Shown: positions 8,284-17,205 of the stretch, in pieces | Position numbering within the stretch: position 1 is the first letter of the stretch | How the letters are laid out: every line of letters begins with the position of its first letter | Origin: a virus | Lineage: Duplodnaviria > Caudoviricetes | Direction: 5' to 3' (one strand) | Virus record (IMG/VR): IMGVR_UViG_3300009424_000023 | Location: 1-50,259 of that record | DNA: 50,259 nucleotides | The notes under the pieces: generated by a model | What the model saw: the letters and a program-made list of their open reading frames with translations, nothing else | The model's database searches: none | What the model was told of the DNA's origin: nothing | Made by a program: the position numbers and the translations under genes

Positions 8284-11200
8284 GATCCAGAATGCTCCAA
8301 AAAGCCGCGCGAAACCTTAATGCCGGCATAATTTGCTGGATCAACAGTTGTTATTACCGGACTCCCAATTGGTCGATCATTCTTATCAACCATCTTAAAA
8401 ATAAATGTTTGTGTTCCATTTTGTGTCTGCTGATTAACATTGCGTCGAGCGCCAATATGCATCGGGTCGTTTGGAATATCCCCAATAAAACCCTCACTGA
8501 CTGCGAACTTGTTGAAGGCAATAACGTCATCCCTGCGACCGCTCTTTGAGCGCACGTCAGCCGCATTCCCAGTGAAGTGATCTGAGTGTTCGGCGACTGG
8601 TATATTGACGCCACGGCGTTTGTAATCCGCACGGATTGCGTCTTGTTCCTCTTTCGTCCGGGCTCCGCTTTCAAGCTCAATTTGCCTATTCGGGTTCGCC
8701 AGATTCCATTTATCCAACAAGGGTGAAAATTCGCCCCTGAATGCAGACGAAAGGCTTGCCATCATTTGCTGCTGTGTCTTTTTCAGCGGAGCCGGACTTG
8801 AGATGCCATCATGCGAACTCGGGACTACATCCTCTTCCTCTGGTTGTGTGGCTGCTTTTAGCTCAGAACTACCTTCCAAAAGCAGCCTGGCTGCTGCGGC
8901 TTTCTCTGATGAGCTTTTCGCTCTGAGCGCCAATTCGTTAGCCTGGCGCATTTTGGCAATAGCCGCATCGCGCTTTTTTGGATCGGTAACTAATCTTCGC
9001 GTAGGCGCAGATTCATCCCCGCTCTGTAAAACAGCGGATTGCTGCCTTTCGTCTTCTGCGCGAGCGGATTCTTTCTCACGCAATTGTTGCAATGCCTTGC
9101 CATCAATATCCGCGCCAAACTTGCCCGCCTTTTCGTCAGCGTCCGCCTGTGCATCAATCTCCTTGAATTTCCCCGCAAGCCTGACATCCTGCTCGTGCTT
9201 TGCCCACTCCTTCTCTTTTCCGAACCCCATCAGCATGACATCGCGCAACGCATCAACCTTGGGCAGCAACATGCTCGCCAGCTTCGTGACTTCGTTTTTT
9301 AGGTCGGCAGTGTTCTGACGCACGGCCTTGCCGTCATCGATCAGACTTCTATCCTCGTTCAGCTTAATGATCGCCTGCCGAAGTTGCTCTTCGCTTCCCG
9401 ATTTCATCAATCCGCCAAGGTTGTTTTTTTCCTTGTCTGAAAGTGCCTTGTTGTACCCATCACCGCTGATTAACTTTGCGGCCTCGGCTTGCAGTTCTTC
9501 CTTGTTACTGCCAAGTAGCGCGCCCATGTGCATGAACTTGCTGGAATCGAGTTTGCCAACATTAACCCCCATTCCTTTGAGCCGATCTTGCATTGCTGGA
9601 GAACCGCCTGCACCGTTCGAGTAATAGGCTTTGTCAAACTTGCGGAATTCTGTTTGCTCCATGCCAAAGACACGACTACCAGACAGTTCGTATTCGCTTG
9701 TGCCACGCGTGAATCGCCCAAGTTGCTGCATCATGATGTCTTGGTTCGGGCGGTCGGCATTGCCGCTTTGTAGCACTTTCAATGCACTGGCTTTTCGCTC
9801 TGCGGTTGCGTGAGGATCGTCGAGAATTTCCTGAGCGGTTTTGCGAGACGTGCCCATCGCTCCCCCGGCGGTGTAGAGTTGCATATCGGCGGCACTGAAC
9901 TCAGTACCGAAGGCAGTCATGTATGCGCCAAGCTTGAATGTGTCCGTTGCCGCATCGCCGTGTGATCTGATACTGGAATCGGCCTTGCCCATGAGCGATG
10001 CAGATCCTTGCACGTCCAATCCTGGCACCCTCATGCTCGCAAGGTTAGAGAGGAAATCGGTATAGCCGCCAACGTTTGGCGCTTGCAGTGAGGCACGTGC
10101 CGTGGTTTGTGCGAAATTGGCAATCGCGCTCAATACTTCATCACCCTTGCTACTCATGCCGCCCTTGTTGATCCCGTCGGCAATCGTCATCGCCATCTTG
10201 CGCGAATCCGCTTCATTCATGGTGGCTTGAGTATTGCGCAGGGTGCTCATCGCCTGCACGCTCTGTGCTGGGTCTATGCCAAGCGAACGAGAGAACCCGG
10301 ACGCAAGCCGGACTTCAGCGGCAAGAGAGCCGGCGTCCTTGCCTAGCGTGTTGGCATTGTGCGAGAACTGTTTGGCAAGATTTATGGATTCTTTGTACGT
10401 GATTCCCATGCCCGCCGCTGCGGCACGGGTCGATTCTCGTAACACGTTGAATTCAGTTGTCGTAGCCCCGAGGCTATGCCGCAAGTCGGTTATGCCTACC
10501 GCTTCATCCTTTGCATCACCCAGCCCGCCACCGACAACGCCTCCAGCCAACCCACCAAGAGCACCGCCGATCATGCTGCCGACGGGGCCGAAGACGCTAC
10601 CGACCATGCCGCCCAGCGCACTACCTGCTGTTGCCATTCCGTCGCCGCCTGCACCGCCAGCAACCATGCCGCCAGCCATACCGATTGCAGCCCCAGCCAA
10701 CTTTCCGCCGTATTGCGATGACATACCGCCTTTGGGACGCACGCCAGACTCATGCAATCCAGCATTTTGCATGATGCGCTTGGTTGCCTCGCGTGCGCCT
10801 GGTGAACCGTCTTGCATCAAGTCGGCGAAACTTGCGTGATGCTTTGAGTATGCCGCGTAAGGGCTACGGCCAGTATCTAGGTTGTGCTTTGAGCGGTTAA
10901 TCGCATCAGCTTCGGCGGTTGAAATCTCACGGTATAGCTTTTTCGCGGCCTGCTGTGTCTTCTCTATTTCGCGCTGTTCGCGCTGATGAGACTGCTCTAG
11001 CGGTGTCCTGCCTCCACTACCGGGCTGTGACCCGATCAGCATCTTGGTAGCGTCTGATTTCTTCTGAGTTAATTCCTTGAGCTGCGCTTCGGCTACATCC
11101 GTACTAATCCCGATCTGTTTTTTCTCTTGGATTTTTTCGTGCAGAATTTTCAGCGCAGCCGTGGTTTGATTGATCTGCTGATTGAATTTATCTGTGTCGA

Positions 11201-11327
11201 TATTGAGCACGCCACCACTCATGCTTTTGGATAGCACCTCGGCACTCTTCGCGGCCTCGGCCAAGGCGGAATTTATCCCACCAAGGTCGGCATCGGCTTT
11301 GACATTGATTTTGATGTCGTTACTCAT
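8280..11327 (-). CDS. Tape measure protein with C-terminal M15-type zinc peptidase
   Basis: 1015 aa, Ala/Gly-rich helical; SGART..EQ, SDHFTGNAAD (SxHxxGxAxD) and DPMH near C-terminus. Confidence 0.85.
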   Translation of the reverse strand: MSNDIKINVKADADLGGINSALAEAAKSAEVLSKSMSGGVLNIDTDKFNQQINQTTAALKILHEKIQEKKQIGISTDVAEAQLKELTQKKSDATKMLIGSQPGSGGRTPLEQSHQREQREIEKTQQAAKKLYREISTAEADAINRSKHNLDTGRSPYAAYSKHHASFADLMQDGSPGAREATKRIMQNAGLHESGVRPKGGMSSQYGGKLAGAAIGMAGGMVAGGAGGDGMATAGSALGGMVGSVFGPVGSMIGGALGGLAGGVVGGGLGDAKDEAVGITDLRHSLGATTTEFNVLRESTRAAAAGMGITYKESINLAKQFSHNANTLGKDAGSLAAEVRLASGFSRSLGIDPAQSVQAMSTLRNTQATMNEADSRKMAMTIADGINKGGMSSKGDEVLSAIANFAQTTARASLQAPNVGGYTDFLSNLASMRVPGLDVQGSASLMGKADSSIRSHGDAATDTFKLGAYMTAFGTEFSAADMQLYTAGGAMGTSRKTAQEILDDPHATAERKASALKVLQSGNADRPNQDIMMQQLGRFTRGTSEYELSGSRVFGMEQTEFRKFDKAYYSNGAGGSPAMQDRLKGMGVNVGKLDSSKFMHMGALLGSNKEELQAEAAKLISGDGYNKALSDKEKNNLGGLMKSGSEEQLRQAIIKLNEDRSLIDDGKAVRQNTADLKNEVTKLASMLLPKVDALRDVMLMGFGKEKEWAKHEQDVRLAGKFKEIDAQADADEKAGKFGADIDGKALQQLREKESARAEDERQQSAVLQSGDESAPTRRLVTDPKKRDAAIAKMRQANELALRAKSSSEKAAAARLLLEGSSELKAATQPEEEDVVPSSHDGISSPAPLKKTQQQMMASLSSAFRGEFSPLLDKWNLANPNRQIELESGARTKEEQDAIRADYKRRGVNIPVAEHSDHFTGNAADVRSKSGRRDDVIAFNKFAVSEGFIGDIPNDPMHIGARRNVNQQTQNGTQTFIFKMVDKNDRPIGSPVITTVDPANYAGIKVSRGFLEHSGS

Positions 11328-11586
11328 TGATGATGTCCTCCCACTCGCCGTCTTCTATTGCCTGCACCAGCTTGTCGGTATCGAATTCTTCGTCCTCGCC
11401 ACTATCGGTAACAGGATTGGCGGCAAAGTGATGCGCCCAGTAATCGGCTTCAATATCGTCCGGTATCATCGCCAAATACCTCGGGTCAGAAGGTGGGAGG
11501 TTATATTTTTGCCGGAACCAGAAAGCATAGGAGGTGGAAAGTTCTCTTCCCTTTTTTCGTGCGCTAGACTTCCGCGACTCGACGAA
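11320..11586 (-). CDS. Frameshifted C-terminal extension of tail assembly chaperone (gpT-equivalent)
   Basis: 88 sense codons open in the +1 frame: FVESRKSSARKKGRELSTSYAFWFRQKYNLPPSDPRYL...GEWEDIINE; no suitable own start; stop overlaps tape measure start. Confidence 0.7.
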   Translation of the reverse strand, partial: FVESRKSSARKKGRELSTSYAFWFRQKYNLPPSDPRYLAMIPDDIEADYWAHHFAANPVTDSGEDEEFDTDKLVQAIEDGEWEDIINE

Positions 11587-11884
11587 AAGAGGATTCCTTT
11601 TCTGAGAGCAAACTTGACAGTTCCTGCACTTTGGAAACGCCGAGCTTGTTCAAGTCCAATCCGATAGCATCTTCCCAACCTTCTGGGCAGGCGACAATCA
11701 ACGCTTGGTACGCAGCCGCAAATCCGCAGAAGAACTCCAACTCATAATCGCCTTCGTCCTCGCCGATGAGCTTTAGGTATGCGGAACGGATTTTTATCAT
11801 GTCACCCATCGTGCGGCGGGCGAAAGTGAATTCGCCAACATCTGGCAAGGCAATAATGAAGTCGGAATCTGATGGAGTTCTCAT
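11564..11884 (-). CDS. Tail assembly chaperone (gpG-equivalent)
   Basis: GEFTFARRT...PEGW...E.SFR; immediately upstream of tape measure. Confidence 0.8.
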   Translation of the reverse strand: MRTPSDSDFIIALPDVGEFTFARRTMGDMIKIRSAYLKLIGEDEGDYELEFFCGFAAAYQALIVACPEGWEDAIGLDLNKLGVSKVQELSSLLSEKESSFRRVAEV

Positions 11885-11981
11885 TTTGTTAACCTATAGG
11901 TTGATTAAAGATATGCGCCGCACCAAAAACAGCGGCGGTGGGGGCGTTGCCAAACCATGCAGTTTGCGCACTGCACCACGC

Positions 11982-12530
11982 CTACTGTGCAGTGATACCT
12001 TGTCCGGCAGCCCATTTCCTTGTCGCCTTTCTATCCAGCGCATCCCCTATTGCTTGCTCAAAGAACTCGCGGCTGGTGTGGCATGGGTCTGATCCAGAAT
12101 CTTCGCAGCTACCGATTCGTTTTTCGATTCTGATACCAACTGTGCTGGGATGGTCGGCCACGCCGGACATTGCCGAGCATCCACCTCCTGCCATTGACAA
12201 ACCTTCTCCCCCTGACATATCTGGAAGGTCTCGCAGCCGCTCAAGAGCAGCGTTGAGATTGTTGCGAGTATCACGAATCGTAGCTTTTGAATTATTGAGC
12301 GCATTTTGATGCTCCTGGTTAGTTGCTTTGGTTTCTTCTGCCTGTTTATCAGCCTTGATCTTGCGTGCAGCTTTGTCGGCATCCCAAAGCGCCTGCACCT
12401 CAGCTTTTCCTTCGTTGTAACGCTGATGCCCGTGATACCACCACCCGAATACAACACCGGCGATTAACGCCGCAATTAGCGCAAACTTAATGGCGGATGC
12501 GTAGGCTTTGATTGTGTCTATGAGTCCCAT
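11982..12530 (-). CDS. Inner-membrane spanin (Rz-like)
   Basis: N-terminal TM helix, then YNEGKAEVQALWD coiled coil; in lysis cassette; contains an embedded lipoprotein ORF. Confidence 0.85.
   Translation of the reverse strand: MGLIDTIKAYASAIKFALIAALIAGVVFGWWYHGHQRYNEGKAEVQALWDADKAARKIKADKQAEETKATNQEHQNALNNSKATIRDTRNNLNAALERLRDLPDMSGGEGLSMAGGGCSAMSGVADHPSTVGIRIEKRIGSCEDSGSDPCHTSREFFEQAIGDALDRKATRKWAAGQGITAQ
12047..12304 (-). CDS. Outer-membrane spanin lipoprotein (Rz1-like), embedded in Rz
   Basis: MRSIIQKLRFVILATISTLLLSG|C lipobox in another frame, fully inside Rz; CPAWPTIP Pro-rich stretch. Confidence 0.8.
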   Translation of the reverse strand: MRSIIQKLRFVILATISTLLLSGCETFQICQGEKVCQWQEVDARQCPAWPTIPAQLVSESKNESVAAKILDQTHATPAASSLSKQ

Positions 12531-12539
12531 TCATTCCTC

Positions 12540-12908
12540 CTATTTGTAGATCGTAGATGTCGGCTTGCCGCAGTACACTTTGCGTTCCCAGCGATCTTTG
12601 CACAGCGAGGGCAATGCGCATGTTTTGATCGAAATAGGCAGCCATTGCATATTTGCCGCGCTATCGCATCCCCCACAATCAAGCGGAATGATGTGATCTA
12701 CCTGCCAGCCTGTAGAACAAGTTGCAGATGCCGGGTTGAGCGCCTTGTTTGGGCACGGCCACTCTTTTTTGAATGCAGAAACAGGTGTTGTGCTTCGAAT
12801 GATGTCGTGCGTTATTTTGTCTCGATACACCATTCCGCAGAACCTAATATCTTCTGCATAAGTGAATTGAGCGAACAAAACGAACCAGATTGATAGCGCA
12901 ATTTTCAT
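12540..12908 (-). CDS. HNH nuclease-like protein with signal peptide
   Basis: MKIALSIWFVLFAQFTYA leader; VDHIIPLDCGGCDSAANMQW motif. Confidence 0.75.
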   Translation of the reverse strand: MKIALSIWFVLFAQFTYAEDIRFCGMVYRDKITHDIIRSTTPVSAFKKEWPCPNKALNPASATCSTGWQVDHIIPLDCGGCDSAANMQWLPISIKTCALPSLCKDRWERKVYCGKPTSTIYK

Positions 12909-13303
12909 TGTTTATCCTGTTCAATCAGATGCCACGGCTCCCCGCCAACATACCCAGATATTGAAATCCATTTGTACGGCAGTTCGTCACGTGACATGAC
13001 GAATTTATGGCGATTATCTAAAACCCATCCCTCAATTTCGCAGACCAAGTGAAACTCGCCAGTTTCCACAGAACAAAATACTAGGCGGCTGCGTAGTCCG
13101 AACTTTTTCAGTTCATCGCGACACAAAATGGCGAAGTCGTCGCAATCACCGTGCACGAAGCCATCTGCATCGGCATGGGCCGCCATTTCTTTTGGTGATG
13201 CCCAATATTCAGCATTGCCCCAGGCCTCTGTGTCGGGTGTATAAATAAAACGATTTAGGACGTTATAGAACGCACGATCAATGTCTGAGTCTGTACTTAA
13301 CAT
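12905..13303 (-). CDS. Transglutaminase-like cysteine protease (BTLCP/peptidase C93, LapG-like)
   Basis: YWASP, GDCDDFA (Cys), FHLVC (His), WVLDNR (Asp). Confidence 0.85.
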   Translation of the reverse strand: MLSTDSDIDRAFYNVLNRFIYTPDTEAWGNAEYWASPKEMAAHADADGFVHGDCDDFAILCRDELKKFGLRSRLVFCSVETGEFHLVCEIEGWVLDNRHKFVMSRDELPYKWISISGYVGGEPWHLIEQDKQ

Positions 13304-13430
13304 TCACACCACGCTCTCTTGCCATCGTGCATCCGCTAGGCTCTGATACTTCGACCCCAGTACGAAATGGAGTTGGCGCAGGGGTCGAGCACCCAGCCAA
13401 CAGCAGAGCAAACATTAGGAATTGCTTCAT
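13278..13430 (-). CDS. Small lipoprotein (50 aa)
   Basis: Not in ORF track; MKQFLMFALLLAG|CSTPAPTPFRTGVEVSEPSGC...; ATGA-coupled to upstream ORF. Confidence 0.7.
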   Translation of the reverse strand: MKQFLMFALLLAGCSTPAPTPFRTGVEVSEPSGCTMARERGVNVKYRLRH

Positions 13431-13579
13431 TTCCAGCCCTCTTGGCTTTCAAGATCATCATTCGCCATCGGCTGTCCGCCGCCATGCGGCGATTGAAAGT
13501 GGCTGGCGATGGCCAGCACGGCACAAGCGAATATAAATACCCCGAGCACCAAATAGACTTGAGGGTCTTCTGGCGTCAT
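13427..13579 (-). CDS. Small single-TM protein (50 aa)
   Basis: Not in ORF track; MTPEDPQVYLVLGVFIFACAVLAIASH...; TGATG and ATGA coupling on either side. Confidence 0.6.
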   Translation of the reverse strand: MTPEDPQVYLVLGVFIFACAVLAIASHFQSPHGGGQPMANDDLESQEGWK

Positions 13580-13923
13580 CACTTTTCGCCTTTATTGATT
13601 GCGCTATCTACGGCCCACCCAAGCGTGAATGCTCCGGCCAATGCATTGAAGGTAGGCAGGTAGAGATTCCCATGTTTAAGCGTGGCCCAGATCAGGCGCA
13701 TATCGATTGCGTCTGCCGCTCCGGTCTGAACGGCGGTGAACGCAGCGCCCATCAAAACGAAGCCAGTACCAAGCGATCTGCCCGGATAGTCCGCGATCAA
13801 ATAGTCGATGAATTTACCTGTGACTTCCTTGCGCGCGCGCTTTTTAAGCCAGTGTGCCCACAGCCCAAGTAGAGATGCCAACAAAAAAACTGACAGTGAG
13901 TAGAGATTTAGAGTCATGGTCAT
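13579..13923 (-). CDS. Holin-like membrane protein
   Basis: 2-3 hydrophobic segments; coupled to endolysin stop. Confidence 0.55.
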   Translation of the reverse strand: MTMTLNLYSLSVFLLASLLGLWAHWLKKRARKEVTGKFIDYLIADYPGRSLGTGFVLMGAAFTAVQTGAADAIDMRLIWATLKHGNLYLPTFNALAGAFTLGWAVDSAINKGEK

Positions 13924-14390
13924 GCCTCCATAGTTATTGCAAATAGCCGCTTGAACCAGCCCTTGCCATAACGGTCAAAGTTTCTGGTTCCTATGTAGCG
14001 CATTGCCCGTGCAGCCATAAACTGCGCCGGCAATTCCCCGCCTTTAGCTTGTGCAGCAGCCTTCAATGTCTGCACGCCGAGTACGCCATCTTGAGTAACG
14101 CTTAATGCTGCCTGTAGCATCTTGATCGCCGGATCTACACCTTGATTCACTGCCGCATCAAACATGAACAAGTTGATCGGGAATGGCAATTCATCACCCT
14201 TTACTTTGTCCCAATAGTCGCGCTTGTATAGGGCCTTTGCTTGCTCAATCGTCAGCGCCTTGATGTCTACAGATGGATAGCTACGCTTGCATATTCCGTA
14301 TTTCGTTTCACCGCCGGGGTCTTTTGGGTCATTTACATACCCCCCCTCAATTCCAAGAACATGTTCGAATGCTTTGTCGAAATAGCTCAT
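13920..14390 (-). CDS. Endolysin, glycoside hydrolase family 108
   Basis: Start reassigned to MSYFDKAF (TAATG overlap); EGGYVNDPKDPGGETKYGI, YKRDYW, FDAAVNQG, DGVLG, GWFKR. Confidence 0.95.
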   Translation of the reverse strand: MSYFDKAFEHVLGIEGGYVNDPKDPGGETKYGICKRSYPSVDIKALTIEQAKALYKRDYWDKVKGDELPFPINLFMFDAAVNQGVDPAIKMLQAALSVTQDGVLGVQTLKAAAQAKGGELPAQFMAARAMRYIGTRNFDRYGKGWFKRLFAITMEA

Positions 14391-14650
14391 TAGAAAATCC
14401 CCACTTTTCTCGCCCATGCGTAGGCGGCCACAGTGCCAAGCCCAATGAATACGAACCACTTTGAAACTAGCGACTTGCCGACATCTTTATAGAAATTGTC
14501 TCTGGCGATTGCTACTGCCCGCTGAGCTGCGGCTTCGGCTATTTGCGCTATCTGCTCTTCCGATAACTCATGCTTGTTGTAGCGAGGACAAAGATTGAAC
14601 GGCTTTTCATCACCATTAGTCCCTGCTGAAGTATTTTCTGACTGCCCCAT
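14390..14650 (-). CDS. Holin/antiholin-like protein with C-terminal TM
   Basis: IAEAAAQRAV...FYKDVGKS then one TM helix; directly before endolysin. Confidence 0.55.
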   Translation of the reverse strand: MGQSENTSAGTNGDEKPFNLCPRYNKHELSEEQIAQIAEAAAQRAVAIARDNFYKDVGKSLVSKWFVFIGLGTVAAYAWARKVGIF

Positions 14651-14653
14651 AGA

Positions 14654-14926
14654 TCACCCAAATATAAAGAAAAAAGCAGCACCCAACAGGCCGCCTAGCG
14701 ACGTTGCAATAAGGTCGTAAATATCCGCCGTGTGTGAATCAGGATGCTGCTTGTCGTAAACCTCTTTACCAATCCCAGCCACTACCGCGCCGCCAAGCCC
14801 AAAAACGGCTGACATTAAATGTGGCAATGAATTGGAAGCAACCAATGCCGCAGACAGCGCTAGGCAGTAGCCGCTGTAAAAGTGGGCCTGTTTGTCCAAG
14901 GGGAGCTTGCCGATCAAGAGCATCAC
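14654..14926 (-). CDS. Small membrane protein (VanZ/YfiM-like)
   Basis: DKQAHF...GKEVYD...DLIATSLGG, 3 hydrophobic segments. Confidence 0.6.
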   Translation of the reverse strand: MMLLIGKLPLDKQAHFYSGYCLALSAALVASNSLPHLMSAVFGLGGAVVAGIGKEVYDKQHPDSHTADIYDLIATSLGGLLGAAFFFIFG

Positions 14927-14929
14927 GGC

Positions 14930-15358
14930 TTAGCCGCCGATCTTGCCGGTTACGTCGAGGGCATTGAATGTCGCATTCGAGACGACAATGGCGTGCTTGC
15001 GGACTTGAATACCGCCAGATGCGTATGAGCAGCTTGTGTATTTGCGTAGCTCTTCGCCAGTGTCCTTGTCAGTTACAACGATGTCGAATACATTGGCATT
15101 CAATGCATCGTCACCATTTTCAAATGCAATACCGGCAGCCAGCATGGACTGAGTATTGAGCACCATTTCCTCAACGCTCAGGTTATGTCGCGCCATTGTT
15201 GGAACATATTCTTGCGCGTGAATGTTGCCGATACCGCTTGCTGGTTCGGGCGCATAATCATCGCGCATATCAACAGACTGGCACAGACCAATAGTCTTGC
15301 CGTCGAACTTAACAATGAATCTGTTGCCGGTTCTTACATTCTGGTTTGTACTAGCCAT
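14930..15358 (-). CDS. Tail tube protein
   Basis: 142 aa after sheath; TGNRFIVKFDGKTIGLCQSV...GIG...EYVP; strong SD AAGGAG. Confidence 0.9.
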   Translation of the reverse strand: MASTNQNVRTGNRFIVKFDGKTIGLCQSVDMRDDYAPEPASGIGNIHAQEYVPTMARHNLSVEEMVLNTQSMLAAGIAFENGDDALNANVFDIVVTDKDTGEELRKYTSCSYASGGIQVRKHAIVVSNATFNALDVTGKIGG

Positions 15359-15396
15359 GCCGCTCTCCTTAGAAGGGTTGTTCGATTTACGAAATT

Positions 15397-15412
15397 AGTT
15401 TCGTGTCACGAC
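15397..15412 (-). promoter_or_regulatory. Putative late promoter for tube/lysis/tail operon
   Basis: GTCGTGAC-acgAaacT just after the sheath terminator. Confidence 0.7.
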
Positions 15413-15424
15413 CAATACAGAGCT

Positions 15425-15451
15425 AAAAAAAACGCCCGGCGAACCGGGCGT
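15425..15451 (-). terminator. Intrinsic terminator after sheath
   Basis: ACGCCCGG-TTCG-CCGGGCGT followed by a T-run on - strand. Confidence 0.9.
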
Positions 15452-15475
15452 AAAGCAGCAGCACACCAGCAAAAT

Positions 15476-17191
15476 TTAAGCCTTCGCACTACCCGAGTAA
15501 GGTACCGCGTGAATCACAACAGGAATGTAGTTCACAGGAATTACCGGACTGCACTGGAACTCAATGCGCATCACGTCCCCTTCAAGGCTGGCAGTCAATC
15601 CCTTGTAGGCCGGATTGGCCTTGTCCCCAACAATCACACCAGGGCCCATTGGTTCAGGCATAGCCAACGCACGAAGCGCCGAGTCTGCACGGGAAACAGC
15701 TTCCGACAATGTGGCTGGGGAACCTTTTGCGCCACGCAATGCATCAACCGCATTGCGGACATTTCGAGCCACGAAGTCACATGCAACGCCAACCGATACT
15801 TCAACCCGGTTGTAGTTGGTGTTGTTGAGCCATGTGGTGATCGACTTAACGACCTTGTATCCAGTTGGAGTGTCTTCAACGCACAGAACGCCACCTTGAA
15901 TCAACTTGTCGGTATCTGTTGGATTGCGCAACTTGCGCTCAAGTCCGCGAACCTTGATCGACTTATTGGTCAAGGCTGTCCCGGGATTGACGCCAGAGAA
16001 CATACCCGCCAGTAAGGCCGCCAAGATGTATGGCTCAAACAAGACGAGCTTTCCTGTAGTGTCGTAGTCATAGAATCCAAGATGCACATACGATGTGCGA
16101 TCAGAGTTCAACGCCTTCGCAGCGGCAATGGCAGCATCGTCAGTATCGCCAGATGCGCCCCCAACAATCGAACGACGCTCCATGCGCGCAACATTCGACA
16201 TAAACGCGCAATGTGCATCTGCCATTGCATGAATTGATGCTGAATTGCTGGCCGGAACTACCCACTGCACATCTTCACTTTGCAATACGGTGAATGCATT
16301 GCTCCACTCTGTATTGGTTACAGAGCCATCGGTTGCGCCGGCCAAGTAAGTGAATGCGATATTGTCCGGGATCGTTCCCGCATTGGCCGCACGTGTCGCT
16401 GTAACGTAACCCTCGCCAGTGCTGTTAAACCAATCCACAATTGCTTGTAGGTTAGCAGTTGCCGTATAGGCGGTAGTTTTAACGCTCTGCGCCGTTACGG
16501 TATCCAAGCCGTTCAATGTCGGCTTTTCTCCATTATTGTCCAGCACAGTAGCCGCGAAGTCTGCGACTGCATTGATGCGGTCAACAACTTGCTGCACGGT
16601 CGCGTAGGCAACAAGATCAATTGTCGCAACAGTAGAGCCAGCTGGAGCAGCCAAAGTCAGTGTGCTGTTGTTGATTGTCATGGTCGCAGTTACTTGCGCA
16701 CCACCATACAACACGCTGAATGCATTTCGCGCTACGTTGTCTTGGCTGAAATAACTGTTACCCACTTGAGTAGTTAGCTTCTTGCCGGAAACAGAACCAG
16801 ATTCGATCTTTACCTTGATCTGGTTTGTATGCAGACCATAGTCAGTTGACAACAAATCGATCACGGTCGATACCGCGACATCCTTGATTGCAAGAGCAGC
16901 CTGTGTGGCCGGATTAACGCGCACTGCGACCACCTGAGATGGGCCAGTTGTTTGCGACGATGGGTCAAAAGCTTTTTCGATTGCACGGAGCAGATCGCCA
17001 TCGATCAGCGCTGCGCGTGCTTCGGATGCAGAACCAAATCGCAATGGGGTGTTTGGCTTACCGCCAACAGAACGACCGATCACGCCCAGCACATTGCCGA
17101 CGGACAGGTTTTTGTTATACATGCCAGAGTCGTCAACGACGCTCATGGTCGCAGGACTTACCCACAATCTACCGTTAAAAAATACGCCCAT
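15476..17191 (-). CDS. Tail sheath protein
   Basis: 571 aa; VIGRSVGGKP, AALLAGMFSG...ALTNK, LIQGGV, ITT, PVIPVNYI. Confidence 0.95.
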   Translation of the reverse strand: MGVFFNGRLWVSPATMSVVDDSGMYNKNLSVGNVLGVIGRSVGGKPNTPLRFGSASEARAALIDGDLLRAIEKAFDPSSQTTGPSQVVAVRVNPATQAALAIKDVAVSTVIDLLSTDYGLHTNQIKVKIESGSVSGKKLTTQVGNSYFSQDNVARNAFSVLYGGAQVTATMTINNSTLTLAAPAGSTVATIDLVAYATVQQVVDRINAVADFAATVLDNNGEKPTLNGLDTVTAQSVKTTAYTATANLQAIVDWFNSTGEGYVTATRAANAGTIPDNIAFTYLAGATDGSVTNTEWSNAFTVLQSEDVQWVVPASNSASIHAMADAHCAFMSNVARMERRSIVGGASGDTDDAAIAAAKALNSDRTSYVHLGFYDYDTTGKLVLFEPYILAALLAGMFSGVNPGTALTNKSIKVRGLERKLRNPTDTDKLIQGGVLCVEDTPTGYKVVKSITTWLNNTNYNRVEVSVGVACDFVARNVRNAVDALRGAKGSPATLSEAVSRADSALRALAMPEPMGPGVIVGDKANPAYKGLTASLEGDVMRIEFQCSPVIPVNYIPVVIHAVPYSGSAKA

Positions 17192-17205
17192 AGCAGTCTC
17201 CTAAA

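Noticed and set aside
11466-11678. 70-aa ORF as the chaperone frameshift partner (-1 frame)
   Set aside because: Stops at 11466 and has no recognisable motif; the +1 frame carries the conserved-looking peptide and reaches the tape measure start
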